From: Nanobdellota archaeon | GTDB lineage: Archaea; Nanobdellota; Nanobdellia; Woesearchaeales; JACQSR01 | Reading direction: 5' to 3' | Length of the DNA: 64,000 nucleotides | Assembly: GCA_042577505.1 (NCBI GenBank) | Contig: JBHPEA010000001.1 | Location: 23,880-87,879, forward strand | Shown: positions 8,048 to 18,129 of the stretch, one piece after another | Position numbering within the stretch: the first letter of the stretch is position 1 | Layout of the letters: each line of letters opens with the position of its first letter | Position numbers and translations under genes: made by a program | The notes under the pieces: model-generated | Database searches by the model: none | What the model saw: the letters and a program-made list of their open reading frames with translations, nothing else | What the model was told of the DNA's origin: nothing

Positions 8048-9700
8048 TTAAGAATTAATTGATTCAATATACTCACTGATTTCCTTTACAGCAAAATATG
8101 CTGCTTTTTCACGGTGACCATCTTCTTGATGTGTCATAATTCCACTATGTTCAAAACCATCCGGACAATAATCTGCTGCACGATCGAGTCCTTTATATGT
8201 TGAAACGTGTTTAGCCCCCACATTCGCAAGACAAACGTAAACATCATTTAAGATTCGGGCATGTTCTTCTTCACTTGAATTCCAATAAGGACAATGATGC
8301 CATAATGTACCATTGATTTCTGCTCCTATTTGTGCAGAACTTACATGTATAGGTATTGAGCCACCATTAGGATGGGAAGACACTTTTTCTTTAACCATCT
8401 GAAATGCATCTACTATATCCTCTTCAGTGAGACCAAAGTTGTGAACTGTTATGGCATCGAAATTTCCATCATCAAGAACCTCATCTAAAAATGGTTCGCC
8501 AAAATTAGTGAAATGCCAGTATGGCATTAGATGAGCATAAGCCTCGTCTATAGCCAATGCAATTATAACTTCTGGTGCAACTACTTCAGCAGTAGGATCT
8601 AATTCTTTAACAGTGTCATAAAGTATATTCAACCTGTCCTTATAGTTAACGGGGGACAAAGGATCCATTCTCTCAACATTATAACCCCTATAATCATTGG
8701 GACCACGCCATGACATACCTGGTTCGCTATTCATCTCCCAGACGTCAACAGCATATCCATACCTCGTTACCATACCCTCAACAACTTCTAACCAATACTC
8801 ATCACTTTCTGGATAATAAAACACCCAACGTTCTGTGGGTGGGTTATCTTGTGCTGGGGGTGAGTTTGCACATTGTTCTCCGGTGGGATTTCTTACACAA
8901 GGATCACTAGAAGCCCATTTAGGAGTTCTCAAAAGACTAGCCCTGATTTTAAAATCGTGATCCCTCTCATTTTCTACCCTTTTTATGGTGTCAAAAAAAT
9001 TATCATAATGATCCCAATTTGGAAAATCGGGTGGTCTTGTATCAGTATCACCATAAGCTGTTAACTTAACCTGATTTATATCAAATCTAAGAACCTTAAC
9101 ATTTGCATCTACTAGTTTGTTAAGAACACTATAATAACTTTCAGGTATCATTTTTAACCAATTTACTTCTATCCCCAAAAAGTCTTCTGAAACTTCAACC
9201 ATTGGCCCTCCACCTAATTCGGATGGGAGTGAACATGTTGGTGTGATAGGTTGAGGATCTTGCCTAACAATTTCAACATTATCAAGGAATATACGTCTAC
9301 CTGAATTACCTGGCTCGCAATTAGTAGCAATGTACAAAGTTAAAATAGTGGGATCTATAATGTCCCAAGTTTCTACCTCTCCTGAACCTGATCTTTCCTT
9401 TGTACAAGAGACTACTTGGTCACCAACCATAACCTTTGCATGATATCTTCCAATTCTATTCCAATTCCATCTAACAGTTGTAACGCAAGTAGGATTTCCT
9501 ATACAAGGATCTGCAGTAATTTCTCCAATCCTTCTTCCAAATGCTTGACCTACAAGATTATCATCAAAATCATTTTGTTGATTGATTATTGCAGCAGTGA
9601 GTAAAAGTCCAAGAGCGCCAACAATTGCAAACATAGCATAAAGTGGTGTAAGGTATTTTTTTGTTTGACTATTTTTTCTCAATAACCTTTTTTTAGACAT
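8048..9700 (-). CDS. Membrane-anchored GH39/GH5-like glycoside hydrolase with Cys module
   Basis: TM anchor; 'LRFDINQ', 'TPKWAS', 'WEMNSEP', 'VKELDPTAEVV', 'DAITVH', 'K.AYFA'. Confidence 0.7.
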   Translation of the reverse strand: MSKKRLLRKNSQTKKYLTPLYAMFAIVGALGLLLTAAIINQQNDFDDNLVGQAFGRRIGEITADPCIGNPTCVTTVRWNWNRIGRYHAKVMVGDQVVSCTKERSGSGEVETWDIIDPTILTLYIATNCEPGNSGRRIFLDNVEIVRQDPQPITPTCSLPSELGGGPMVEVSEDFLGIEVNWLKMIPESYYSVLNKLVDANVKVLRFDINQVKLTAYGDTDTRPPDFPNWDHYDNFFDTIKRVENERDHDFKIRASLLRTPKWASSDPCVRNPTGEQCANSPPAQDNPPTERWVFYYPESDEYWLEVVEGMVTRYGYAVDVWEMNSEPGMSWRGPNDYRGYNVERMDPLSPVNYKDRLNILYDTVKELDPTAEVVAPEVIIALAIDEAYAHLMPYWHFTNFGEPFLDEVLDDGNFDAITVHNFGLTEEDIVDAFQMVKEKVSSHPNGGSIPIHVSSAQIGAEINGTLWHHCPYWNSSEEEHARILNDVYVCLANVGAKHVSTYKGLDRAADYCPDGFEHSGIMTHQEDGHREKAAYFAVKEISEYIESINS

Positions 9701-9778
9701 TTATCTCTTACTTGAAAAAAGAATATATAAATATTTGTAAGAAGTCTGTCTTCTTATAGGGATGATTTTTTGGGATTG

Positions 9779-10099
9779 TCATTCTAACATTAGAATTTGT
9801 TTGCCTACAATATTTTGGTAGTCAACATTCTCTGCAGGAGTAACTTGCCTAGCAACATCTAAATAATCTTCAAGTCTTCTAACTGCACCTCTTTCTCTTG
9901 AGAAACGAACCATATCAAAAGTAGAGTTATCTTCTCCCGGCTCTGTATTTGAAATAGCAGCTAATTGTTCTAAGAATGCATCATAAGACTCAGGCAAAGA
10001 TCCTCTTGCAAGGGAAGAATAATAGTTTCTTAACTCTCTTGCTACAGCCATAACTCTTTCTATTTCATCAGGATCCAGTTTCAGTCCCATATCACCCAT
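9779..10099 (-). CDS. Hypothetical protein
   Basis: 106-aa ORF; TATA-like box upstream. Confidence 0.55.
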   Translation of the reverse strand: MGDMGLKLDPDEIERVMAVARELRNYYSSLARGSLPESYDAFLEQLAAISNTEPGEDNSTFDMVRFSRERGAVRRLEDYLDVARQVTPAENVDYQNIVGKQILMLE

Positions 10100-10200
10100 G
10101 GAATAGACAAATGTTTTTAAGTTTTTCTGTAGGTACCACTAAATAGGAGTCACAAGACTTAATCTAAATCTATTTAAACAAACATTAATTAAATTGATCC

Positions 10201-11277
10201 ATGGACATAGATGATAAATTAAAATTAGTGAAAGAAGTTGGACAGGAAATCTTAACAGAAGAAGAGCTAAAACTACTATTTGAATCAAAAACCCACCCAA
10301 TTGCTTATGATGGATTCGAACCTTCTGGAACTGATATTCATATTGCGCAAGGAACATTAAGAGCGATAAACATTAACAAACTAACAAAAGCAGGCATCAA
10401 ATTCAAAATGTTTGTTGCTGACTGGCATTCTTGGGCTAATAACAAATTGGGCGGAAATCTTGAAAACATCCAAACAGCTGGTAAGTATATTATTGAAGTC
10501 TGGAAAGCATGTGGATTAGATATGAAGAACGTAGAATTTGTTTGGGCAAATGATTTTGTTAAAGATGTAAATTACTGGAAAACAGTTATGCAAATCTCAA
10601 GAAATTCTACTTTGAAAAGAATACTTAGAACCTCCCAAATTATGGGAAGAAAGGAATCGGATGTACTACAAGCTTCTCAGATAATGTACCCCTGCATGCA
10701 ATGTGCAGATATATTTCAAATCGAAGCAGACATTACACAATTAGGAATGGACCAAAGAAAAGTGAATGTATTGGCTAGAGAATTAGCACCAAAATTGGGT
10801 TACACAAAACCAGTTGTAATTTCACATAAGATGTTAATGGGTTTAGCTCAACCACCTTCCACTGGCGATGCAGTGGAAAGGGCAATGGAAATGAAAATGT
10901 CTAAATCCAAACCAGACACAGCAATTTTTATGACAGACTCGGAAGAAGACATTAAAAGAAAAATTAACAAAGCCTATTGTCCAGCAAAAGTTGTTGAAGA
11001 GAATCCATTATTAGAATACTGCAAACACATAATTTTCGAAAAAACAAAATCTATCAAGATCGAAAGGCCAGAAAAATTCGGTGGAAATTTAGAGTTAAAT
11101 TCATACGAAGAACTTGAAAAGTTGTTTGAAAAAGGAGACTTACACCCAGTGGACCTTAAGAAAGGGGTTGCCGAAGAATTAGATAAAATTCTAAAACCAG
11201 TCAGAGATCACTTTCAGAAAAACCAAGCAGCAAAGAAACTTCAAGACACAGTGAAAAAGCTAAAGGTTACAAGATAA
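10201..11277 (+). CDS. tyrS: Tyrosyl-tRNA synthetase (archaeal type)
   Basis: 'AYDGFEPSG', HIGH-like 'HIAQ', 'YPCMQCAD', 'GMDQRK', 'KMSKS'. Confidence 0.97.
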   Translation: MDIDDKLKLVKEVGQEILTEEELKLLFESKTHPIAYDGFEPSGTDIHIAQGTLRAININKLTKAGIKFKMFVADWHSWANNKLGGNLENIQTAGKYIIEVWKACGLDMKNVEFVWANDFVKDVNYWKTVMQISRNSTLKRILRTSQIMGRKESDVLQASQIMYPCMQCADIFQIEADITQLGMDQRKVNVLARELAPKLGYTKPVVISHKMLMGLAQPPSTGDAVERAMEMKMSKSKPDTAIFMTDSEEDIKRKINKAYCPAKVVEENPLLEYCKHIIFEKTKSIKIERPEKFGGNLELNSYEELEKLFEKGDLHPVDLKKGVAEELDKILKPVRDHFQKNQAAKKLQDTVKKLKVTR

Positions 11278-11565
11278 TTAGTATAAAGGATGCTTTCTTT
11301 CAACGAAGGCTCCAGATACAACCATCATTCTTTCAAGTCTCTCAAGCTCAGGAATAGGTAAGATATATGAATCTATAGTACGCATTTTTTCATCATATAA
11401 AACCAAATCCCCTTCGTTTAATCTACCATTGTTTTTAACAGATGCATGAGCTGCATGAGGGGGTATTAAAACCTCCATATCTATAGAACTTCCGATAGAT
11501 GAACCCTGAAGGAGCAATCCTTCTTTCGATATATTCTGAACGAAATATTTCCTTTCTTCAGCCAT
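11278..11565 (-). CDS. Hypothetical protein
   Basis: 95-aa ORF with TATA-like box upstream. Confidence 0.5.
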   Translation of the reverse strand: MAEERKYFVQNISKEGLLLQGSSIGSSIDMEVLIPPHAAHASVKNNGRLNEGDLVLYDEKMRTIDSYILPIPELERLERMMVVSGAFVERKHPLY

Positions 11566-11597
11566 CCGGCCAACGAATCAAGGCATTATTATAAAGT

Positions 11598-12788
11598 TTA
11601 TCTCTCAAGAATAAGTATTGTAGGTTTTGTGAAATATTTCTTAACAACCCTTAAGATATCAGCCCGAGTGACTCTTTTTATCTTATTCACATATGAATTT
11701 ATTCCACGGGCGTCCCCAACAGTTTCCCAAAAGCAAACATCATCCACTCTTTTCTCAGTGTTTTCATGCAATAAAATGGTACTACCTTCAATGTACCCAA
11801 TAGCTTCATCAATTTCCTTTTTGGGAACTTTTTTTAACAATGCCAATTCCTTCAAAATGATTTTCTTGCATAAATCAACATTCTTTTTCTCCGTATTCAG
11901 ATATATCAAAAAAACTCCGAACGATTTATCACTCTCTTGATAAGCACCAATCTCATAAACCAAACCCCTTTTATTTCTAACTTCATTAAACAATATCCCA
12001 GATTGACCCCTACCAAGTATAGCTTTAATTACATCCAAGACATAAGAATCAGGATGGTTCCTTCTTGCCGTCTTAAATCCAAGTACAAAATATGAATTCA
12101 AAGTTTTTACTTTCTCAATCTTAGTAATAGATTTTGAATTTGGATCAGTAATTTTATTTATCTTATATTTTCCAGAAGGAAATGAAAATTTTCTAGAAAT
12201 CAGTGATTTCGCATTCTTTATATCTCCAACAACACCAACCACAATATTCTCTGGAACATAATGTTTTTTGTAAAAATCCCAAAGGTCCTTCCGAGTAATG
12301 CTCTTCAAACTTTTAACAGATCCAAATATTGGATTCCCTGCAGAAGAATTAGGGAATAAGGCTCCATAGAATGAAATCCACTGTTTTATTCTAGGTTCAT
12401 CTAGGGACATGTTAATTTCTTTCAAAATCACCCCCCTCTCTTTTTCTAAAGTTTTCTCATCAATTATTGCATTTTGAATAACATCTGACAGAATATCAAC
12501 AGCAAGAGAAAAGTATTTTTTCTGAACTTTTATATAATAACAGGTTCTTTCCTGGTGGGTATAAGCATTTATAATTCCACCTACTTTTTCGATCTCTGAA
12601 GCAATCTCCTTAGCAGTCTTTCTTTTTTTAGTTCCTTCTAAAACCATATGCTCAAGAAGATGAGATATCCCTTCATTTCCTCTTTCATATAGAGAACCAA
12701 TTTGAACAGAAGCCATAATAGAAACAGTATCAGCCTTCCTTTCATCAACAACTAATTTTAATCCATTGGACAGTGTATATCTTTTCAT
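11598..12788 (-). CDS. M16 (pitrilysin/insulinase-family) zinc peptidase
   Basis: 'GISHLLEHMVLEGT' HxxEH motif, 'INAYT', 'LFNEVRNKRGLVY'. Confidence 0.93.
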   Translation of the reverse strand: MKRYTLSNGLKLVVDERKADTVSIMASVQIGSLYERGNEGISHLLEHMVLEGTKKRKTAKEIASEIEKVGGIINAYTHQERTCYYIKVQKKYFSLAVDILSDVIQNAIIDEKTLEKERGVILKEINMSLDEPRIKQWISFYGALFPNSSAGNPIFGSVKSLKSITRKDLWDFYKKHYVPENIVVGVVGDIKNAKSLISRKFSFPSGKYKINKITDPNSKSITKIEKVKTLNSYFVLGFKTARRNHPDSYVLDVIKAILGRGQSGILFNEVRNKRGLVYEIGAYQESDKSFGVFLIYLNTEKKNVDLCKKIILKELALLKKVPKKEIDEAIGYIEGSTILLHENTEKRVDDVCFWETVGDARGINSYVNKIKRVTRADILRVVKKYFTKPTILILER

Positions 12789-12830
12789 GAAAGGTTAACA
12801 CTTAAAAAGTTTAAATAGGTTTTCATCTTT

Positions 12831-13910
12831 ATGAATATAAGGAATCTCCAAATATACCTTAGGAAGAATAAAATTGATGTTTCTATCTTTATGAGTCTAA
12901 ATTCAACTACGTACGATAACAACCTATACTATTTTTCAGGTTATTCAGGAAACGGTATTTTAATTATACCAAAATCATCTAGACCTTTTTTAGTTGTTCC
13001 TGAAATGGAAAGGGAAAAGGCATCAAAAACATCAAAAGTTAGAAGTATTATTGTTTGGAAGAAAAAAGAAGATTTGTTTGAACTCTTAAGGGAACTTTTC
13101 AAAAAGAAGAAGATTAGAAGCAAGGTTATAGGATTAGATTTATTCTCAATATCAGTTCTCTTATTCAGAGATTTCAAAAAAGGTTTGAAAAAAAGTAAAT
13201 TCAAAGACATTAGCAATATTTGCCGATTTTTAAGAACAACAAAAACAAAAGAAGAAATTAAAACCATAAGAAAAGCATTCAGCATCGCAAATAAAATTTT
13301 AATTAAAACAATTAGGAATTTTAAAAGATTCAAAACAGAACTAGATGTTGCAAATTATTTGAAAATTGAATCAATAAAAAAAGGATGCGAGTTATCATTC
13401 CCCTCTATCGTTGCATCAGGAAAAAATGCGTCAATGCCTCATTATTCTCCAACAAACTGCAAGCTTAAGAAAGGATTCTGTGTTATAGATTTTGGTGTTA
13501 GATACCAAGGATATTGTACAGATATCACAAGAACAATTTTCTTAGGAAAACCAAGTGAAAGGGAAAATGAGATCTACAATATTTTATTAGACTCACAGAA
13601 AAAAGCGATAAAGCAAGTAAAAAATGGCACAAGTTGCTCGGATTTGTATAACTCAGTTGTTGAAAACTTGGGAGACCACTCAAAATACTTCACACACGGT
13701 TTAGGACATGGTGTAGGGCTAAATATTCACGAATTACCCAACTTAAAAGACAAATCAAAAGATAATATTGAAAAAAATATGGTTTTCACAATCGAACCGG
13801 GTATTTACATCTCAGGAAAATTAGGTATAAGAATCGAAGATACTCTTTTGTTCTCAAACAAAACCGAAATTCTAACAAAAGTCCCAAAGCATCTGATCAC
13901 CATTCGTTAG
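12831..13910 (+). CDS. Xaa-Pro aminopeptidase/dipeptidase (M24B)
   Basis: 'IDFG..Y.GY.TDITRT', 'HGLGHGVGLNIHE', 'TIEPGIY', 'GIRIED'. Confidence 0.93.
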   Translation: MNIRNLQIYLRKNKIDVSIFMSLNSTTYDNNLYYFSGYSGNGILIIPKSSRPFLVVPEMEREKASKTSKVRSIIVWKKKEDLFELLRELFKKKKIRSKVIGLDLFSISVLLFRDFKKGLKKSKFKDISNICRFLRTTKTKEEIKTIRKAFSIANKILIKTIRNFKRFKTELDVANYLKIESIKKGCELSFPSIVASGKNASMPHYSPTNCKLKKGFCVIDFGVRYQGYCTDITRTIFLGKPSERENEIYNILLDSQKKAIKQVKNGTSCSDLYNSVVENLGDHSKYFTHGLGHGVGLNIHELPNLKDKSKDNIEKNMVFTIEPGIYISGKLGIRIEDTLLFSNKTEILTKVPKHLITIR

Positions 13911-13946
13911 CAAATCTTTATTAATCAGCAAATCTTGAATCGCCTT

Positions 13947-15719
13947 ATGAAGTATGATACTAAAAAATTAAATTCTGCAATCGACGATTACAAGAAACTA
14001 TTAGGAGATATTGACGGCAAGACTATATTCATAACAATTAACATTGATAATGAAAGTGCTTTCTATTCCATTGCACCACTATCAATCGCAATCCATGAAC
14101 TAGGTGGCGACTTAAATGTAATGGGATTCAAAGGATCTTCAAATATGTATCATAGTCTGGGCAAAGTTTGGGAATTATTTGGAGAACTAGGGGGAGAAAA
14201 GCCCAGCAAAGAAGCAAAATTACTGGACAAATTCATCACTAGCGTAGATAAAAAATCAAATGGGGAGTTTAGAAAAATATTCAAAAGCCCAGATATGTAC
14301 TTCTACTCAAAAAAGAATGGCTTTGAAGGAATCAACCTTCTCCCTTACCATGATGGATGGTTCAAAAAACATAAATGGGATAAATTATTGGAAACTGCTG
14401 ACGTAATTTGGAAAGATGTTTACAATTTGAAAGAAGAGAGAGTAGGTGTAGGTTTTATTTTAATTCCAGATAGAAAATATTTGGAGCTTCCACTTGAAGA
14501 TTATCTTGATTCTTACCCCATAAATTTCGCAATGAAAGAAGCAGCAAAAAAATATGCTCGCGAAGTATCTTACAGTGCCTCTTCACCAAGAATGGCTCAA
14601 ACTGATTTTCCTGAAAGGATTTCTGATCTAAAAGCAACTTTAATTGGATGTGAATTAGATAAGACTATAAATGAAGAACCATTCAAAATATTCAAACAAC
14701 TATCAAGTTTTATTGGAACAGATAAAATTCTTTTCAACAGCGCAAATTTCCACATTGCTGCAAAAGGATATTCAGGTAGACATATTTTTGGACAAACATG
14801 GGGATACCCAACCCTAAATGGCAAATCTAGGTGGAGTACACCTAGCGGTATTATATACAAGTTCGATTTCTTTCCACAAACTTTCTATGAAGAAAGAGAT
14901 CCAATTGCAAGAGCAGGATTCACAGAAACACTACCAATAGATATTTTCATAGAAACGTCCCTCATTGACTGGAATGAATTAACAAGAAAAGATCATGTAA
15001 TTATTGACATCGTTAAAAAATGTCAGAAAATTATTGTAGAAGGTAAAAAGATGGGTAAATATCAAACAAAATTTGAAGTAGGTTTAATTAGAAGTGACGG
15101 AGAACATAGATGGGCAAAAGGTTCTGATACTGAATTAAGAAACATAATTAACAAAGATTATTTCAATAGATTAGGCATCAAAGCAGGAACAATGGGAAAC
15201 ATTCCAGGGGGTGAAATGTTCATAACACCAGAATATGTTAAAGGGACCATTGTAGGAGATGTCGTAATTGCAATAGATCAAAGTTATCTTTTAAGCGAAA
15301 AAGAACCGTTTATCATTGAATCAAGCGAAGATGGTTATAAAGTTATCAAAGCCCCTAAAAAAATTCTTGAGAAGTTTGAAAAACGAAAAAATGATGCATG
15401 GAAGCTTTTAGAAATTATGGAAAAAAACAAATCACTCCCAGAAGAAATTATTGAAATGAAGAAAAGGAACTTCAACCTTCTTGGAGAATTTGCAATAAAT
15501 ACAAATCCAAAAGCAAAAATTTGCGATTATTTAATCGTAAATGAAAAAATTGCAGGAATGATTCATGTTGCTATGGGTTCTGGATTCGAAGCTGACAGAT
15601 CAACAGAATATCACATGGATGTCGTCGTAAATTCTATAAAACAAAAACATGATATCTATGGTTTAGATAAGAAGGGTAAGAAATATTGGATAAAAAAGCA
15701 AGGAAAATTCGTAATCTAA
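13947..15719 (+). CDS. M29 (aminopeptidase T-like) metallopeptidase with extended N-terminus
   Basis: 'NIPGGEMF', 'LGEFAINTNP', 'EKIAGMIHVAMG', 'HMD'. Confidence 0.8.
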   Translation: MKYDTKKLNSAIDDYKKLLGDIDGKTIFITINIDNESAFYSIAPLSIAIHELGGDLNVMGFKGSSNMYHSLGKVWELFGELGGEKPSKEAKLLDKFITSVDKKSNGEFRKIFKSPDMYFYSKKNGFEGINLLPYHDGWFKKHKWDKLLETADVIWKDVYNLKEERVGVGFILIPDRKYLELPLEDYLDSYPINFAMKEAAKKYAREVSYSASSPRMAQTDFPERISDLKATLIGCELDKTINEEPFKIFKQLSSFIGTDKILFNSANFHIAAKGYSGRHIFGQTWGYPTLNGKSRWSTPSGIIYKFDFFPQTFYEERDPIARAGFTETLPIDIFIETSLIDWNELTRKDHVIIDIVKKCQKIIVEGKKMGKYQTKFEVGLIRSDGEHRWAKGSDTELRNIINKDYFNRLGIKAGTMGNIPGGEMFITPEYVKGTIVGDVVIAIDQSYLLSEKEPFIIESSEDGYKVIKAPKKILEKFEKRKNDAWKLLEIMEKNKSLPEEIIEMKKRNFNLLGEFAINTNPKAKICDYLIVNEKIAGMIHVAMGSGFEADRSTEYHMDVVVNSIKQKHDIYGLDKKGKKYWIKKQGKFVI

Positions 15720-15794
15720 AGTCTTAAAAACCTTTTGGTAAAAAAAATTTCTTCAATACAAATCTTTTTAAACGTGGGTTGATTATATTTCTTC

Positions 15795-16940
15795 ATGGCG
15801 GTTAACAACAAAAATATTCTCGACAGCGTGATTTACAGTTATTCAACTACGACAAATCAATTAGAAGAAGAGAACAGAGTTCTAAGAGAAACTTTAGACA
15901 AGATGAAAAATGAGTTGGATAAATTTAAACAACCTCCTTTGATGGTTTGTGAAATTTATGAAATCCATGGAACCACCGCTTTGATAAAAATTCCAAATGG
16001 AAACCAATTTTCGGTAAATGTCTCAAATGATTGCGGGAAACTTAAACCAGGAGATATGGTATTAGCAGAACAAAAGAACTTAACAGTTATTAAAAAAATT
16101 CAGAATGTGAAAGCATTTAATGTTGACAAATTTGTTATTGTTGAAAAACCAACAATTACCTGGCAAGAGGTTGGTGGTTTAGAATCTCAAGCTAGGGAAA
16201 TCAAAGAAGTTATTGAACTTCCTTTACTTAAGCCAGGATTATTTACAAAAATTGGAATAGAACCACCAAAAGGAGTTCTTCTTTATGGTCCGCCTGGAAC
16301 AGGTAAAACATTATTAGCAAAAGCTGTTGCACAATCTACAAATTCTACATTCATTGGGGTAGTCGGATCTGAATTAGTGCAGAAATTTATTGGAGAAGGA
16401 GCGAAGTTAGTAAAAGAAATTTTTGAACTTGCAAGAGAAAAAGCACCTTCAGTAGTTTTCATAGATGAAATTGATGCTCTAGCTGCAACAAGAATGGAAG
16501 TTGGAACCTCTGGTGAAAGAGAAGTAAACAGAACTTTTATGCAAATGCTTTCTGAATTAGATGGATTTACACCTTTGGGGAATGTAAAGGTGATTGGGGC
16601 TACAAACAGAAAAGACGTTTTAGATCCTGCAATAACAAGACCCGGAAGATTAGACAGATTAATTCATGTTCCATTACCAAATGTTGATGCAAGAAAACAA
16701 ATATTCTCAATACATTCCAAAAGAATGAAGTTAGACACAGTAATTTCAACAAAGGATATTGTCGATCAAATGGAAAACTTCTCAGGTGCTGAGATTAGAG
16801 CCGTTTGTACAGAAGCAGGCTACTTTGCTATTAGGGAAAATCGTTATAAAATTCTTAAGAAGGATTTAGAAAAAGCAGTAGCTAAAGTCAAAGACTCCGA
16901 AACCAAAGAAGGCAAAGACTACATGCAAATGTTTGGCTAG
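15795..16940 (+). CDS. pan: Proteasome-activating nucleotidase (AAA+)
   Basis: Coiled coil + OB fold; 'GVLLYGPPGTGKT', 'FIDEID', 'GEREVNRT', 'RPGRLDR'. Confidence 0.93.
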   Translation: MAVNNKNILDSVIYSYSTTTNQLEEENRVLRETLDKMKNELDKFKQPPLMVCEIYEIHGTTALIKIPNGNQFSVNVSNDCGKLKPGDMVLAEQKNLTVIKKIQNVKAFNVDKFVIVEKPTITWQEVGGLESQAREIKEVIELPLLKPGLFTKIGIEPPKGVLLYGPPGTGKTLLAKAVAQSTNSTFIGVVGSELVQKFIGEGAKLVKEIFELAREKAPSVVFIDEIDALAATRMEVGTSGEREVNRTFMQMLSELDGFTPLGNVKVIGATNRKDVLDPAITRPGRLDRLIHVPLPNVDARKQIFSIHSKRMKLDTVISTKDIVDQMENFSGAEIRAVCTEAGYFAIRENRYKILKKDLEKAVAKVKDSETKEGKDYMQMFG

Positions 16941-16948
16941 AATTTCTT

Positions 16949-17284
16949 TTAATACTTGAAAAGTTTATTGTAATTCTTATGATCCATAAATTCAAGAAGA
17001 ATTGTAATGATCTCAATTTCATTTCCTGTTATAGTGTATAACATTCTCCAGAAATTTCGTAGGTTGATTTTCCAAAGGTTTGTGATTCCGTATTCGTTAA
17101 TGTAGATAGTAGGGATTTTATCTTTTTGTATTTGAATTCCTCGATGAGGATTTGTGAATAAAATGCCATTTTCTCTTTCTATTGCTTTTAGTAACTGTAA
17201 ATCAAACTTGTTTTGAGAAAGTTTAAGTTTTGTAAGCTGGTTTTGAAATTCAGGACCGTATTTTACTTTAATCTGTTTATCCAT
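16949..17284 (-). CDS. RelE/ParE-like toxin
   Basis: 'NLWKINL..FWRMLYTI...EFMDHKNYNKLFKY'; directly downstream of a small wHTH gene. Confidence 0.7.
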   Translation of the reverse strand: MDKQIKVKYGPEFQNQLTKLKLSQNKFDLQLLKAIERENGILFTNPHRGIQIQKDKIPTIYINEYGITNLWKINLRNFWRMLYTITGNEIEIITILLEFMDHKNYNKLFKY

Positions 17285-17545
17285 TTATCTAGCATCAACA
17301 CTTTTTTTGAGTAGTCTCTTCATTTTTGGATGATCATTGTATACCCATAAGACACCTTTCTCTCCAATCATAACTAATCCTTTTTCCTCTAGGTAGCCCA
17401 ATATTAGGTTTAAAGTAGGTCTCATTGTCTTTTTTGGCAGTCTTCTAAGTAATTCGTTCCTTGAAATTGCTAGCTTAGCGTTTTTTAGTACTTTTTCTAC
17501 CATAAGGACCGTATCTAATCTTGGGTAATGAAGTATTTGGGTCAT
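17285..17545 (-). CDS. wHTH protein, putative antitoxin
   Basis: 'YPRLDTVLMVE...ISRNELLRRLPK...ILGYLEEKGLV'; two-gene layout. Confidence 0.7.
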   Translation of the reverse strand: MTQILHYPRLDTVLMVEKVLKNAKLAISRNELLRRLPKKTMRPTLNLILGYLEEKGLVMIGEKGVLWVYNDHPKMKRLLKKSVDAR

Positions 17546-17577
17546 ATATAAGTATATGTAGATATAAACTTATATAT
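17544..17577. promoter_or_regulatory. Inverted repeat (putative autoregulatory operator) over the TA promoter
   Basis: atatataagt-N14-acttatatat abutting the start codon. Confidence 0.5.
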
Positions 17578-17739
17578 AATTCTTTTGTTTGATGTGAATT
17601 ATAATTGTTTTATGATTTAAAAAACTCTTTGGTAGAAAAATCGAAAGAAAAATAGGGGCTTTGGAAATATTTTCCCAAAGTTTGATTTTTATTCGAAAAA
17701 TGACCCAAATAATGGAGATTTTCTATTAAAACCGGCAAA

Positions 17740-18129
17740 TTAGGATATCAACTCTTCAAACAACAATCCTTTATTCTTAGCCATTTCTTTAGAAATAGAA
17801 TACATCTTCCCACTTTTCTCAACATCATCAATAGATAAAAAATACCAGTCTGTATGATCAAATTTCACTCCAATCCATGGTTCACCACCGAAGAAATCAA
17901 CAAAATCACGTAGCTGTTCAATGTCTTCTTCAGATAAGTATTTCTTATCGTCTTTACATGTTTTACACTCGATTGCCAATTTACGAACTTTATTTGAAGC
18001 CAAAACATCAGGAGAAGGATACTTCATAGAACCAGAACCGGCTACTCGAATTGCACACCAGTTTCCAGTTGCCCAAAACTTATGCAATATATCCCGTTCA
18101 GCGTTTATACCTTTAGATTTCCTTGACAT
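17740..18129 (-). CDS. hjc: Archaeal Holliday junction resolvase
   Basis: 'KGINAERD...IRVAGSG...PDVLA...AIECK'. Confidence 0.95.
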   Translation of the reverse strand: MSRKSKGINAERDILHKFWATGNWCAIRVAGSGSMKYPSPDVLASNKVRKLAIECKTCKDDKKYLSEEDIEQLRDFVDFFGGEPWIGVKFDHTDWYFLSIDDVEKSGKMYSISKEMAKNKGLLFEELIS

